This document shows positions 38,801 through 48,197 of a stretch of DNA of 64,000 nucleotides, piece by piece. The stretch lies in assembly GCA_048884965.1 (NCBI GenBank), contig JBHLQH010000001.1, positions 32,001-96,000 of the forward strand, written 5' to 3'. The DNA is from Candidatus Thorarchaeota archaeon. GTDB taxonomy: Archaea; Asgardarchaeota; Thorarchaeia; Thorarchaeales; Thorarchaeaceae. Numbering within the stretch: position 1 is the stretch's first letter; every line of letters starts with the position of its first letter. Below the pieces are notes generated by a model. It did no database searches. It was not told where the DNA came from and saw nothing but the letters and a program-made list of their open reading frames with translations. Position numbers and translations under genes: made by a program.

Positions 38801-41800
38801 ATGGTGCAAGACCTGGATCTGTCCAGTTGATTGTGATCCTGAAGTTGTAGGTAGCATAGGTATCTAGATAGCTAGTGTTCAACAGTAAGAAGAAGGTTGC
38901 ATATCCATTCACGTCATTTCCTTGAACGATTCGAAGAATGGCTATGTCTCCTGTATCTAGTCCGGGTTGAGTTACTGATACTACGGTAATGGCGGTGTTA
39001 ACTCCTATTTCACAATCCACTGGAACTCCTGCATCGAGGTCTCCCCAGTAGAATGTGACGTTGGCACGGTCTCCGTATGGTACGGGATCACTTGGATCCC
39101 ATACGAACTCGGTAGAAGTACCAGTAATCTGGAATCTGATTGAGATTGAGTGGTTCTGATAGTATGGGGCTCCAATGAAGGTCATATTGATCTGAACATT
39201 GGTGTAAGTGAAAGCGATGAATTGATCCGCATCCATCGTGACTACATAGGATCCTGCAGCAGCTCCTTCTGATACTAAGTAATTTGTTTGATTCACTGTG
39301 AGGAAGAGATTCTGTGTGCTGTTAGTTATAGGTGCATTTGCAAGATCTGTATCACTGAAGTAAAGCGTGATCGTCACCTGATCTGTGTATCCAACTGTTC
39401 CAACGGGGTCATATGAGAGTAAGGTATAACGCTCACGAACATACACTCGTACGTAGATCGAAGCATCCTGATAGTTTGGATACGTTCCGGCGTTCTGAGT
39501 TGAAAGCTGCACCCAATAGGTTCCTGGTTTGATGAATGCTGTTGTGTTGATACGTACTTCATAGAGATTTCCTCCTACTTCAGCGATGGACCAGAATCCT
39601 GTGAGACTTGCATTTACAACAATGATAGACGCACCGTTGATTGCAAGACTTGTGTCTAGGTCATAGTATGTCAGCTGGAATGTTGTATTTAGACCGAATC
39701 CTGTTCTTGCAGATGGCTCGGTGAGCTGCAATTCAGTCGAATGCTTCCTGATTGAAACTGTGATTTTGATTACTTTAGAGTCGTAGAATGGAGAGGTGTA
39801 GTCATAGCTTATGTTCAGGTAGACATAATGAGTGCCTATAGCAAGTGTGTTTTCTATGCTAACGCTATAGGTGTCAGATCCGGGTGTCCAAGTAACTGAA
39901 ATTCCCAGAAGATTGGGGTCAGAAATACTTACACCTCCGAATTGGATTCTGACAGCTCCTGTTGAGTTCATTACATCGGCTGCAGTTTCTCCATCTGTAA
40001 CATGTACTACTACTTCAACATCCTCTTCGAATGCTATATTCCCAACAGGATCGTATGTTGCAACAATAGCTCGGTAGAGAACTCGTAGTGTGAACTGAAC
40101 TTGTGCATTGTTCTCAAAACGCACGCCGGTGTAGGTCATCTGAGCTGTAATTGAATATGTTCCAGGCTTTAGGAAAGCAGTAGTATTCAGTACAACGTCA
40201 TATGTCCCATCACCATTATCTATGATAGTGTAATTACCTGTGAGAGTCAGTCCCGCACTCGTCAAAGTAAGAGTGTTCCCGAACATCGTTGTATGTTCAT
40301 CATCAATTAGATCATAGTAGGTAAATGTCATGGTGACATTTGAGCTGAAGTAGGTTGGTGATGCAGGGGTGTATTGTAATTGAGTGGGTCTTGTAGTTAT
40401 AGTCAAGGATACCAGTCTGGTCTGATTCTGGTAGAACGGAGCACCAATCCAAGTCACGTTCAACTGCAGATATACAGTACCAGTTGTACCAACAGATGAA
40501 GTATCTACAATCACCGTCCAAGTTCCTGAATCGTACTCAAGCCAATATGTCAACCCTGGATTGTTAAGTTGCACAAACAGCTGGGTCGAGTTCAGTATCT
40601 TTGTATTAGTGGGTGAATCAAAGTATGAAAATGAGAGTGTCGCATTCTCGTCAAACGCAGTGTTTTGAGGTGGAGTGACATCGACAAGAGTTGTTCTGTA
40701 GAGTATTGTCACTGTAAGGGAAAGTGTCTGATTCTCATTGTATGGTGCTGCAGTTGGAGTCCAATTCAAGTAGACCTTGATTGTATACGATCCATCTGCT
40801 CCAAACAACGAGGAATTCAGCTCGAAGCGATATAGTCCACCACCTACGGTAGTGATCTTGAAATCAGATGTATCGATTGAAGTTCCAAGAACAAAAGCAA
40901 AGGCGTATACATCGCTTGTATCATTCTCCACGCCCTCTGAGGCTTGTGTCATCTCATAGTATAAGGTGAAGTTGATGAAATCACCATAGTATACCGCCTG
41001 AGGAGCTATTGATACGCTTAGGTCCGTATCAGTACCTTGCAGCTCTACCGAGAATGTACGATACAAGCTCTCATATTTCGCGACTCCAGTCCAATTGAAG
41101 AAGACAGTAAAGGACATGGTGAATATTCCGCCAAATTGATCTGCTGGGATTTTAACAATGTAGTGTCCTGTTCCCAGTGCAAGGTTGTCACTAACAAAGA
41201 AGATAGCCCATCCAGTGGTCGAATTCGGGAATGTGTAGGAAACCGATACTGCAATTTCTTGAGTGACATTGGAAATGCCCGATCCAACAGTAATATCCTC
41301 GTAGAACAGATAAACTGAGATATTCGAACCAATGTCTGTTGGAACCACTGCCTCATCGAATGAGAGGAATGAATCATGTGTGATTACAACAATGACTATG
41401 ATCACATACGCATCCTCATATCCAGATTTGGTGAAATTAATTCGAATTGGATACGAGCCTAATACTGTAGAGTCAATTGTTTCTAGCGTGAATTCATAGA
41501 CTCCGGTAACAGATGATGTATTTGAAATGGTCAAGGTCGAATTGGATAGGATGGTATCTGCGTTGATTCCAACACTGTGATCTACATCAGAATATTGAAC
41601 TGTGAACACTATGTTTGTCCCAAGAGGTACATTAAATCGATACCCTGAGGCTATGGCCTCTGTATCTGTAACTCTGATTCTGAACCTTACTGTCGTAGAA
41701 GCGTCCTCATAGTTCGTTCTTTGCATTGTGAGGATGACAATATTGTCACCAAGTGATAGGCTTGTTGTGACCATTGTAATCCTGTAGTAGCCTTCACTAA

Positions 41801-44800
41801 TCCACATCACTGTGAAGTCAGTATCCTCGACGAGATCTGTTCCATTGAGAAGGATTGTCGAAGCATTTACCAGTACTCCACCTAGGTCTCTGTCCCTGAA
41901 TTGCGCATAGAAGATAAGAGTGTCACCTGAGGGTACGGGATCCGGAGTGGGAGCATAGGACTCAGTGTATCTCTCTCTGATATCAATGGTAACACTTCCA
42001 GCAGAATTTGAGTAGAATTTTGTAGGTCCTGAACCCGAAGTAGTAACACTGATTGTTCTTGTGTAAGTGCCAATGGACCAATCATCAGTGGTGAGATTCA
42101 CGGAAAAGACTCCACCGGCATAGATCCAGTTTGCTGATGTGAACACTTGTCCTCCAATGACGATCTGAGTGATATTGGTCTCACCAATAATCAGTGATGC
42201 ATTATTCAGATCTTGTATCGTAATCGAGATTGCTGTATTGTCAGAATAGGGTGTTGCTGGTGGTCTTGTAGCTAGTACTGATAATCCATGGCTTACAACC
42301 TGTATCAATACTGTGGAGGCACTGTTCTGATAGTACTTGTATCCTAAGGATGATGTTGTTAATGAAAGGGAATAGAAGGCGGTGCCGATGCTCCACTCTG
42401 AAGTGTCAAGTGCACAGATGTATGTACCTGCATCGAATGTCCAATTGGCAGATGTGAAGGTCTGACCTGCAATGATCACTTGAGATACATTGCCTTCATT
42501 GATGGACAGACTAGTATTGTCAAGGTCAATCAAAGAGAATGAAATATTTGTCTTCCAACTCCATGGAGTAGCAGATGGGGTTGTTACAGTTATGCCTATG
42601 AGATGTGCTCGAATCTCGATTGTTACACTGCTAGTTCGATCATTGTACATCTTGATTGGTGCTATTGCAGTGGTAACCGCAACTGCATACGAACCTGTAC
42701 CTATCACCCAATCACTGGTATCTACAACAACTGTGAAGACTCCTGCAGAGTAGCTCCATGATGATGAAGTGAATACATACCCTGCGACCACTATCTGTGT
42801 GATGTTTGCTTCATTGACGATGAATGATTCATTATCCAGATCGATGATTGTGATATCTAGAGTCGTCTTCCAGCTCCAAGGAGTTGCTGCAGGACGGTCG
42901 ACTGATACCGATAGGATATGCCTTCGAACTTGAATTGTTAATGTACTAACACCATTGAAATAATACTTAATGGGTGTTGAGCTTGTTGTTACACTGACTT
43001 GTAGTACTGTGGTTCCTATATTCCAAGAAGAGGAATCTACAATCACATAGAATGTCCCATCTGAATATACCCATTCTGAGGAAGTGTAGATGACACCTCC
43101 TATGGTGATCTGCGTGATATTCGCCTGCGAAATATCTAATGTGGAGTTATCGCCATCAATCAATGTGATTGAAACATTGGTCTTCCAACTCCATGGTGTT
43201 GCAGATGAAGTAGTTGCTGAAACTACCATGGAGTGTGCCTTGATCGTAATTAGAACACTTCCTGATCTATCATTATAGTATCGTGCCGGTGTATCCAAGC
43301 AGTTTACTGATACCACATAGGAATTGCTAGAAATGGTCCATGATGAAGTATCCACGAAGAAGCTGAAAACGCCGTCATTGTATGTCCAATCCGCAGACGT
43401 GAAGACTTGCCCGTCCACAATGATTTCAGTTACATTGCTAGGATTAACCGTCAAGGTTGAATTATCAAGATCTGTCAACGAAACTGTAACATTCGTCTTC
43501 CATCCCCAAGGAGTCTGTCCAACGGGATTTGCAGTGATACCAATGTCATGTGATCGAATCACGATTTGTGCAGCACCCAAGCCATCATCGAAATACTTGG
43601 ACAAACCTGAGCCTGCGCTTGTGACAGTTATTGTGACCGAGTAGGTTCCCACATCCCAGCTTCGCGTGTCCATCCAAAATGCTATGGATGCTACACCTGT
43701 ACTGTCATCGTAAGTCCAGTTAGCACTTGCATATAGATAGGTTCCGTAAATTGAGCTTATCTCCACTGTGCTAATGTTTCCTTGTGATATGATTATAGAT
43801 GAATTGTCTGTGTCAACAAAAGAAATGTTCATCCAAGTTCTCCAACCCCATGGAGTTTCACTGGGTGGAATGGATGAAACTCGAGTATGATGTGCTCTTA
43901 CTGTGACAGTGAGTTCAAGATTCTTTTCTTGATGCCCAGTTGCAGATGCTTGAATGAGAATCGTGTATTCACCAGGAGTCACACTTTCTGTGTTGAAGGT
44001 TACTTGCCAGATATCAAGAGATGAATTATATGTTGGACCACTCTGAGTTCCCACAACTGTTTGAGCTGGCCAGTTGGAAGTGATTGAGATGTCTGGTGCT
44101 GTATTATCAATAGGTCTGTTTGCAACAAAATCGAAGAGATCGATGCTATAGCTAAATGCGCTACTATGAGAGGCATCAATCCTGGCTTTGATAACTCCTG
44201 AGCCATCTATGAAGTGACTTGGATTTGTAGTTCTCCAAGTAAGTGTTGTATCGATTATTGGATGGTAGTCGCTAATGATTTCGACCCATGATGTAGATGT
44301 TACATTGTAGGCGTAGACAGAGCCAGACGTGATGGTCGTACTGAATTTTCCTTCAATCTTGAAAGTAAGTGTACTGATATCACCTACAGCAAAGTTGTAT
44401 GGGTCTATATCAGTGGTAAGAGTAACAGAGATTTGATTTCCCACACTAGAAACAACTGTATAGACATTATTTGATGTGAACGTATTGGTTTCATCTGGTG
44501 ATGCTGGACTTCCAGGACTTGCAGAGATTCCATCAGGATTCATTGCGATAGTGTCTTCATACGCGATATAGATTGTCTTTGAGTTTCCCCACGCAATTTC
44601 ATAGTCTGTGGTTGGAGTCTGTAGATTCTTGGGTGAGTATAGGGTTGTCTTTTCCTGAATCTCAATAGTAATACCTGAAGTTTCTGCGTAATCGTAGTAT
44701 GATTTGGTGGCATTGATATTAACTGAATATCCTCCGATCACCGCGAGTGAAGTATCCACATATCCTGCGTACCATCCATTTCCAGCATATCCCATATTAT

Positions 44801-46655
44801 CTGAACCATAGGTCCAATCAAAGTATAGGGTTGCACCAGATATGCCCAATCCTGTTTCTGAATCGATATATTTGACTCGAACTGAAACAGTATCCCCTCT
44901 GAATGCTTGATAGACTGCGGCTTCAATCTCTAGTTCAGTGTGATGGTATATGTAGAAGTACCTTCGCATCTCACCTACTGCTGTACCATTGGACCAGACC
45001 GCAACAGCAGTAACTGGTCCTGCCAACCAAGTGTGTTGGATTGTAATGTTTCCATTTGTGGTGTTCTGGAAAGTGACCAAGCCTTCTGAGTTAAGTGCCT
45101 GTCCAGATTCGGAATATATGAGCTGTTCCTCTGTGTCATAGAAACTAATGGAGCTTATTCCAGCTGTGGTTGGTGGAGAGGAGAATCCATCAAGATATGT
45201 CACATTGACCCTTAGGAACGATCCCGGATAGAAATTCGAGTCTTCTGCCCACGATGATGTGTATTTCTCAAAGCTCATGGCATCGGCATAATTGGGTGCT
45301 GTTGCTGCCAAGGTCCAAGTTCCATAGTGTGGAGTTCCAGATGCCCCAGTTGAATATACATCGCAGAACAGTATACCCAAAGAGCTGTAGAATGTTGCAT
45401 TATAGTATGTAGTTCCAATCAACTGGAGATCGTTATAGGCATCTCGTACCTCCGACATCGTCCAATCATATGGGATTGATACGTTGAAATGTTGGTATGT
45501 GAATGGATATGCCATTTCTCGTGCAGTGAACGCTGCATTCCAATTTGCCAAGGTCCCATTCGATACAGTATAGATGTTTTGATCTAAATGACTATTCTTC
45601 TGTAGATGCATGAGCAACTCAAGATTAAATTCGGTGCCCGTTTCATTTGAGAGGAATTCAAGTCTTATACTATCACTCCAATTCCCTGTTAGGGTCGCAT
45701 ATCCTTTGCCTCCGCCACCAGTCACAAAGGACTCCTGATTAGAGATCTGATCTGCATCTCTGGCTTCTAGCTCAACCACTTCCGCCAATCGAGATGTCTT
45801 TAGAGTCAAACTAACATTATCACATGTCAGGGTAGCTGTAGTCTGGAACTGTGTCTCGGCCCATCCCTGAATGCCTAGTGCGATCACAAGATTTCCGGGG
45901 AACGTATACTGACTCAAGGGGAGCGGTACTGAATAGGTTTGCCAATCTTGACTGACTGAGAACCGCTCACCTCCAGTAGGGAGTTCCCAGATTGTCCCAT
46001 TCACAAAGAGGTATGGCTGTGCATTCTGACCATTGGTACCTGAGCTCGTATCAATCTTATAGGTGACATTTAGAATAGCTGAAGCCGTTCCGCCCTCGGA
46101 AACAGATACCGTTTGATTCCATGAACCCCAGTAGTCGTACTTGACCTTTCCGCCAGAAACTCGTGTGATGCTGACCCAATCGTTGATTGTGTCGTATGCT
46201 TCAGAAAGAACATTTGGTGTATCCTGATTCTCATATGCCCAATAATTGATAGAGGAGAAATCGCCCTCTTGAACCCAATCGGTAAGGTGGTACATTTGCG
46301 AGCTTATTGCGGTGATTTGAGTAGTATACCATCCTTCCGGTATATCATATGTCTGGGAGTAGAAAGTTGTTGAGTCATTTGCGCGAGCTGTCCTATCCGG
46401 AAACGTTCCACTTGCATACTCTTTAACGCTAAGAAGCGAACCTAGTCCAGTTGTACTTGTCGGAATATTTGATAAGAATGATTGCTCAGCTGGTTTGATT
46501 TCATCAAATACAGACTCATCATCACCGAAATTAGACGACTCCTTTATTGCAGGATTATCAGGTGAGATGAAACCTGAGAGTGAGAATAGCACTAATAGGC
46601 TCAAAACAATGAGGGTCTTCTGTGTAGCTCGCATTACATACAACCTCTGATTCAC
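32844..46655 (-). CDS. Giant (4603 aa) cell-surface protein: signal anchor, beta-sandwich head, more than 30 Ig-like repeats, C-terminal TM, cytoplasmic tail
   Basis: N-terminal hydrophobic segment; repeated Y.D...G.h.GA...G.G.Y...h.T...G.Y.h.h.A....Y units of about 100-120 aa; many N-x-S/T sequons; TM at about 33395-33478; charged helical tail. Confidence 0.92.
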   Translation of the reverse strand: MNQRLYVMRATQKTLIVLSLLVLFSLSGFISPDNPAIKESSNFGDDESVFDEIKPAEQSFLSNIPTSTTGLGSLLSVKEYASGTFPDRTARANDSTTFYSQTYDIPEGWYTTQITAISSQMYHLTDWVQEGDFSSINYWAYENQDTPNVLSEAYDTINDWVSITRVSGGKVKYDYWGSWNQTVSVSEGGTASAILNVTYKIDTSSGTNGQNAQPYLFVNGTIWELPTGGERFSVSQDWQTYSVPLPLSQYTFPGNLVIALGIQGWAETQFQTTATLTCDNVSLTLKTSRLAEVVELEARDADQISNQESFVTGGGGKGYATLTGNWSDSIRLEFLSNETGTEFNLELLMHLQKNSHLDQNIYTVSNGTLANWNAAFTAREMAYPFTYQHFNVSIPYDWTMSEVRDAYNDLQLIGTTYYNATFYSSLGILFCDVYSTGASGTPHYGTWTLAATAPNYADAMSFEKYTSSWAEDSNFYPGSFLRVNVTYLDGFSSPPTTAGISSISFYDTEEQLIYSESGQALNSEGLVTFQNTTNGNITIQHTWLAGPVTAVAVWSNGTAVGEMRRYFYIYHHTELEIEAAVYQAFRGDTVSVRVKYIDSETGLGISGATLYFDWTYGSDNMGYAGNGWYAGYVDTSLAVIGGYSVNINATKSYYDYAETSGITIEIQEKTTLYSPKNLQTPTTDYEIAWGNSKTIYIAYEDTIAMNPDGISASPGSPASPDETNTFTSNNVYTVVSSVGNQISVTLTTDIDPYNFAVGDISTLTFKIEGKFSTTITSGSVYAYNVTSTSWVEIISDYHPIIDTTLTWRTTNPSHFIDGSGVIKARIDASHSSAFSYSIDLFDFVANRPIDNTAPDISITSNWPAQTVVGTQSGPTYNSSLDIWQVTFNTESVTPGEYTILIQASATGHQEKNLELTVTVRAHHTRVSSIPPSETPWGWRTWMNISFVDTDNSSIIISQGNISTVEISSIYGTYLYASANWTYDDSTGVASIAFWMDTRSWDVGTYSVTITVTSAGSGLSKYFDDGLGAAQIVIRSHDIGITANPVGQTPWGWKTNVTVSLTDLDNSTLTVNPSNVTEIIVDGQVFTSADWTYNDGVFSFFVDTSSWTISSNSYVVSVNCLDTPARYYNDRSGSVLITIKAHSMVVSATTSSATPWSWKTNVSITLIDGDNSTLDISQANITQITIGGVIYTSSEWVYSDGTFYVIVDSSSWNIGTTVLQVSVTTSSTPIKYYFNGVSTLTIQVRRHILSVSVDRPAATPWSWKTTLDITIIDLDNESFIVNEANITQIVVAGYVFTSSSWSYSAGVFTVVVDTSDWVIGTGSYAVAVTTAIAPIKMYNDRTSSVTIEIRAHLIGITVTTPSATPWSWKTNISFSLIDLDNTSLSINEGNVSQVIIAGQTFTSANWTFDAGTYICALDTSEWSIGTAFYSLSLTTSSLGYKYYQNSASTVLIQVVSHGLSVLATRPPATPYSDNTAISITIQDLNNASLIIGETNITQIVIGGQVFTSANWIYAGGVFSVNLTTDDWSIGTYTRTISVTTSGSGPTKFYSNSAGSVTIDIRERYTESYAPTPDPVPSGDTLIFYAQFRDRDLGGVLVNASTILLNGTDLVEDTDFTVMWISEGYYRITMVTTSLSLGDNIVILTMQRTNYEDASTTVRFRIRVTDTEAIASGYRFNVPLGTNIVFTVQYSDVDHSVGINADTILSNSTLTISNTSSVTGVYEFTLETIDSTVLGSYPIRINFTKSGYEDAYVIIVIVVITHDSFLSFDEAVVPTDIGSNISVYLFYEDITVGSGISNVTQEIAVSVSYTFPNSTTGWAIFFVSDNLALGTGHYIVKIPADQFGGIFTMSFTVFFNWTGVAKYESLYRTFSVELQGTDTDLSVSIAPQAVYYGDFINFTLYYEMTQASEGVENDTSDVYAFAFVLGTSIDTSDFKITTVGGGLYRFELNSSLFGADGSYTIKVYLNWTPTAAPYNENQTLSLTVTILYRTTLVDVTPPQNTAFDENATLSFSYFDSPTNTKILNSTQLFVQLNNPGLTYWLEYDSGTWTVIVDTSSVGTTGTVYLQLNVTWIGAPFYQNQTRLVSLTITTRPTQLQYTPASPTYFSSNVTMTFTYYDLIDDEHTTMFGNTLTLTSAGLTLTGNYTIIDNGDGTYDVVLNTTAFLKPGTYSITAQMTYTGVRFENNAQVQFTLRVLYRAIVATYDPVGNIAFEEDVEVVVHVTDGETAADVMNSTGAVRIQFGGVSISDPNLLGISVTWTPGSDTYSVSIENTLAIGTHYVYLNISYDYTSPFYDSKVIKITVSIRKHSTELQLTEPSARTGFGLNTTFQLTYYDLDTSLAINGASIIVVNASLTGFWSIAEVGGNLYEVRINTTAFIKPGTYWVQLSTQNAGTYPNYQDASIYVRVYVRERYTLLSYDPVGTVGYTDQVTITLYFSDTDLANAPITNSTQNLFLTVNQTNYLVSEGAAAGSYVVTMDADQFIAFTYTNVQINMTFIGAPYYQNHSISIRFQITGTSTEFVWDPSDPVPYGDRANVTFYWGDLDAGVPVDCEIGVNTAITVVSVTQPGLDTGDIAILRIVQGNDVNGYATFFLLLNTSYLDTYATYNFRITINWTDPGLAPYYEDQVSKLISITVRMRDTAIPQIVVDPVFYGENATILLKYVDLDNNSELITGGSLTISVLNGLTYEVNPTPVGGFYEVYVVTDGTGLLGIVRINMTVMWSGSPFFENQTAVSAILTINMKVATLEIDFPDVTAYLENSTFYITLQDSVTGEFINNNESYISATFVIPSIGDNPIISFVLGSDGQYRITFNTTILGMVSSYKITIKFDHSGSSPYYSVLSRNITGSVRDRVTSLDYEAIPATPYGNFTFFNVTYNDIEGAIPVAIASGNVYLSCGTSIETLEKDANYWVTYLGNGVYEVKIDTSALGAPATYVLSLKVNSTDWWLSDSLRSINLKVAYRSVELSTTSPDSTYYDEVSFFIVTILDIDNGTDGTGLEGMISYIVLTFVTPSGLSTASVNVLEIGSGQYNVSFDTSILNQLTDYTMQVSFNAPDYWSDAGPRSVTGRVTARPTQLSYDVEGAAPYLDNVTISFTFEDTITASGITGSTITLSCAGAAESLVLNTNYWITDLGNGEYIAEVDSSALGDVDTFSLVAQISSSGEPFYQNKTRSLQVEVRERATRLTYTPPQETPFGDNLTVILKYYDVDAGLLAISTSVAFFSLDAVNGTAVDSSYYWIEYISGATYHLHINTTKFGIFGRYNLTISVAGDPTYRYDDQSLVIDADIRARNTQLTINPIAQTSYTSNITIVFRYIDLDSSTGIFNDTVLGGVQVSLNRSVDWWITQTSPGVYQVLVNATSLGSTGDFAFEASFIWINGKPYFENQTIEFVVTITGAGSVLSYEPPDQIPIGDDIVIVVWYRDSSTGAGIANDTYVHAYITPLNTTPGGPFQVSITNPEDGKIVFTINSTPFLTTGALYFEIDITWSGGLPFYPDANGTIIRAVIRSIFTQTLADAPDPGTVPIGDSTLVNITFYDLDHEEIILGASISSTWPGGYWSYEILGNGIFNITLDTSWVTTTGKISAQFTFNKSFYLTKTATIYITIRLISTSAIASSPDPSVVPVGDTVAVTIIYFDTDHSLNITGASIGTNWPYGWSWAVIPGDGFSVTLYTASVTNLVNYIVSFTVTKTGYSSATTSVKFEVRRIQTAISASFAGNVVAGSNVSVIITYEDLDHNTGITGATIFTTAPGGTYSIAELGGGEYNITYFLWQQPAGTYSYDITATRTRYTSASMIVDLVLRQTRTELTTETSLIQLNWSETIDISVYYDNLDLGGMVVGADIKATISGMEFAFDEYALNYTVSIDSSIIKAGTYIVTITANKSNFEARIIQVTVVVSVLETDFSSLNEIYAYSVVSGQSVNITVYFESLAFGPITGATVEYRWDPGDGERSGTLTATSQTGYYSAFIDTTDVNINVYTLYVRANKSNHVEASIYFSLDIGLVETDLNPIGEATLRVIFGESVVLRVNYSNIDLSLPILGASVVFRFSDADYNGTLVEEGNGIYNITLTTSDLYAGTFSMYIVATKAGYETSTLSMLFEVQRIDTTVQPLNATLSIFYEQSIWMFFSYYDVHNEVPIENATLQYVWTGGSGVLEEVGNGIYKVLLDSTEVAPSSFDIRVTATKSNYITRTTSATLQVRSITMEIIVLNVIQVPVGDTMIASVYINDTVYGRPVTGADGSVLWALGAVLVEDSENPGNYTFEIPNTAILGSYDATIVVNKENYARVSTIITIIIRPIDTDLRTQSGNTFATALSGEYLQIVIEYWDLDHNLPITDADIYLTQATGVIGESDYSVMPGEAAGQYIIGFIVPSAGEFEIVIHASNGQNYEQLTLAFTVIVTAPPADPLMTIVMFGGSFGIILALIGALLWVKVYSVPKLIRIMNGMIKSLSKAKVPEKPEVRERNLMIQGIINEGLNAINISKPIDEIPMLTIEFHVPETEALLLELAEITGLGEDDIAAFRTDLARMKPSERPGFLNEVIKQERARRAQEIAEKRPEKADATRKVTAEELQEVGERLAKLGLPKEQIEEVLESAKDMTRAELDAVLEQMDRSMEE
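41975..43875 (-). repeat. Six tandem Trp-rich Ig-like repeats, 315-bp period
   Basis: W(G/S)W-equivalent codons begin at 43842, 43500, 43185, 42870, 42555 and 42240. Confidence 0.85.
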
Positions 46656-46785
46656 TGGACATTTGTTCAGGGTACCTACTCTGACATACTGTCATATAGA
46701 ACGGTCCCAGTCTCTAAGAGAAATGATTATGCGCTAATATAAGCTAATCTTGAATCTATATGTTCGATTTTTCGTAAAACGCTCG

Positions 46786-46817
46786 AAAAAAAGAAGTCGT
46801 CTGGAGGGTATCCAGAC
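46786..46817 (-). terminator. Hairpin plus T-run after glnA
   Basis: GTCTGGA/TCCAGAC (46799-46817), then TTCTTTTTTT on the minus strand. Confidence 0.6.
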
Positions 46818-46833
46818 ACCTTGCATTTATTTA

Positions 46834-48144
46834 TCAAAAAGTGAGGTATTCCTCAATTTCCCATTTTGATATTTGAGTAATATCGGAGTTATTCTCAGCC
46901 TCAGAATATCGTTCCCACTCCGTACGTTTGAGTTCTAGGAATTCGTCTAATATTCTGCTCCCGAGGATTCTTCGTATCGCTATTGTATTCGCCAGCTCAT
47001 CCAACGCAGATGTAAGTGATGCTGGGAGAGAATCGACGTTTGCATCTTCGTGAAACAGGTCTTTTGTTGTGGGCTTTGGAGGTGTAAGCTGAGCATTTAC
47101 ACCATCCATACCTGAGGCAAGGATCGCAGCTAATGCAAGATGAGGACTTGAGGAAGGGTCCGGGCATCTGAACTCGATTCTTGCAGCTGCCTGAGATCCA
47201 TTGAAATGTGGGACTCTAAGCATGGATGTCCTATTCTTAGGACCCCATGCAATTCTTGTTGGTGCCTCAAAGCCTGGTACCAACCTCTTGAATGAATTGA
47301 CAGTTGGGGCAACGATTGCAGATAGGGCTCCTGCATGCTTCAGAATTCCTGCAATGTATCGCTCTCCGAGTGAGGATATCCTTGAAGCCTCTCCTGATGC
47401 AAATACATTTGATCTCAAGTCTTCAGTCCAAAGACTTTGATGAATGTGCATCCCACTGCCATTCATTCCTTCAAATGGCTTAGCCATAAAGGTCGCAATT
47501 AATCCATGCCTATGAGCGACCTCGGAGATTACATGCTTCCCAAGCATCAACCAGAGTGCAGCTTGCTCTGCAGTCGTGTGCCTGAAACCAATCTCATGTT
47601 GTCCTCGGGCAACTTCATGATGGTGTGTTGTCGTTTCTATGCCCATTCCTTTGAGGGCTTGAATTGACTCCCTTCGTACCTTGTGACCACTATCATCTGA
47701 TCCACTTGAGAAGTATCCTCCTCGATCAGCAGGAACGATACTTTCTCCATCTTTCCTTACAAGGAAGAACTCAAGTTCAAAGCCAACTATAAGCTCAAAT
47801 CCCTGCTTTCGCACTTCAGCGACGACCTTTGATAGAACCTGTATTGGGTCACAGTCATGAGGTTTCCCCGATGTTTCATATACAGCACAGGGAACGATTA
47901 CCATCGATGTATCCCAAAGAGCTGAAAGGGGTTCCTTGACAGTTGGTCGAAGGACAAGATCACTAGAGTTCACATTTGCGTAGCCGGGTACCGATGATCC
48001 ATCAAAGCAGATTCCCTCTTGAAACACTTCTTCTAGTCTGTCTGAGGAAATCTCAATGCAGTATGTCTTCCCTAGGATTGATGTGAAGAGAATTCGTATG
48101 AATTCGAATTCGTGGTCTTGTTTTCTTTCCATCTCGTTCACCAT
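46834..48144 (-). CDS. glnA: Glutamine synthetase type I
   Basis: FDGSS, ELEFF, HHEVA.GQHE, FMAKP...NGSGMH, KRLVPGFEAP, NRT...R.P, RIEFRCPD. Confidence 0.88.
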   Translation of the reverse strand: MVNEMERKQDHEFEFIRILFTSILGKTYCIEISSDRLEEVFQEGICFDGSSVPGYANVNSSDLVLRPTVKEPLSALWDTSMVIVPCAVYETSGKPHDCDPIQVLSKVVAEVRKQGFELIVGFELEFFLVRKDGESIVPADRGGYFSSGSDDSGHKVRRESIQALKGMGIETTTHHHEVARGQHEIGFRHTTAEQAALWLMLGKHVISEVAHRHGLIATFMAKPFEGMNGSGMHIHQSLWTEDLRSNVFASGEASRISSLGERYIAGILKHAGALSAIVAPTVNSFKRLVPGFEAPTRIAWGPKNRTSMLRVPHFNGSQAAARIEFRCPDPSSSPHLALAAILASGMDGVNAQLTPPKPTTKDLFHEDANVDSLPASLTSALDELANTIAIRRILGSRILDEFLELKRTEWERYSEAENNSDITQISKWEIEEYLTF

Positions 48145-48197
48145 ATAGAATGTAGCAACTCTTCACAATCGTGGTATAAGATTATTCCAACAAAATC

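Noticed and set aside
41975-43875. CRISPR or diversity-generating-retroelement repeats
   Set aside because: The repeats are in-frame protein domains with general divergence; no spacers, cas genes or reverse transcriptase are present.
44118-44550. Intein in the giant protein
   Set aside because: No intein splice-junction residues or endonuclease motifs.
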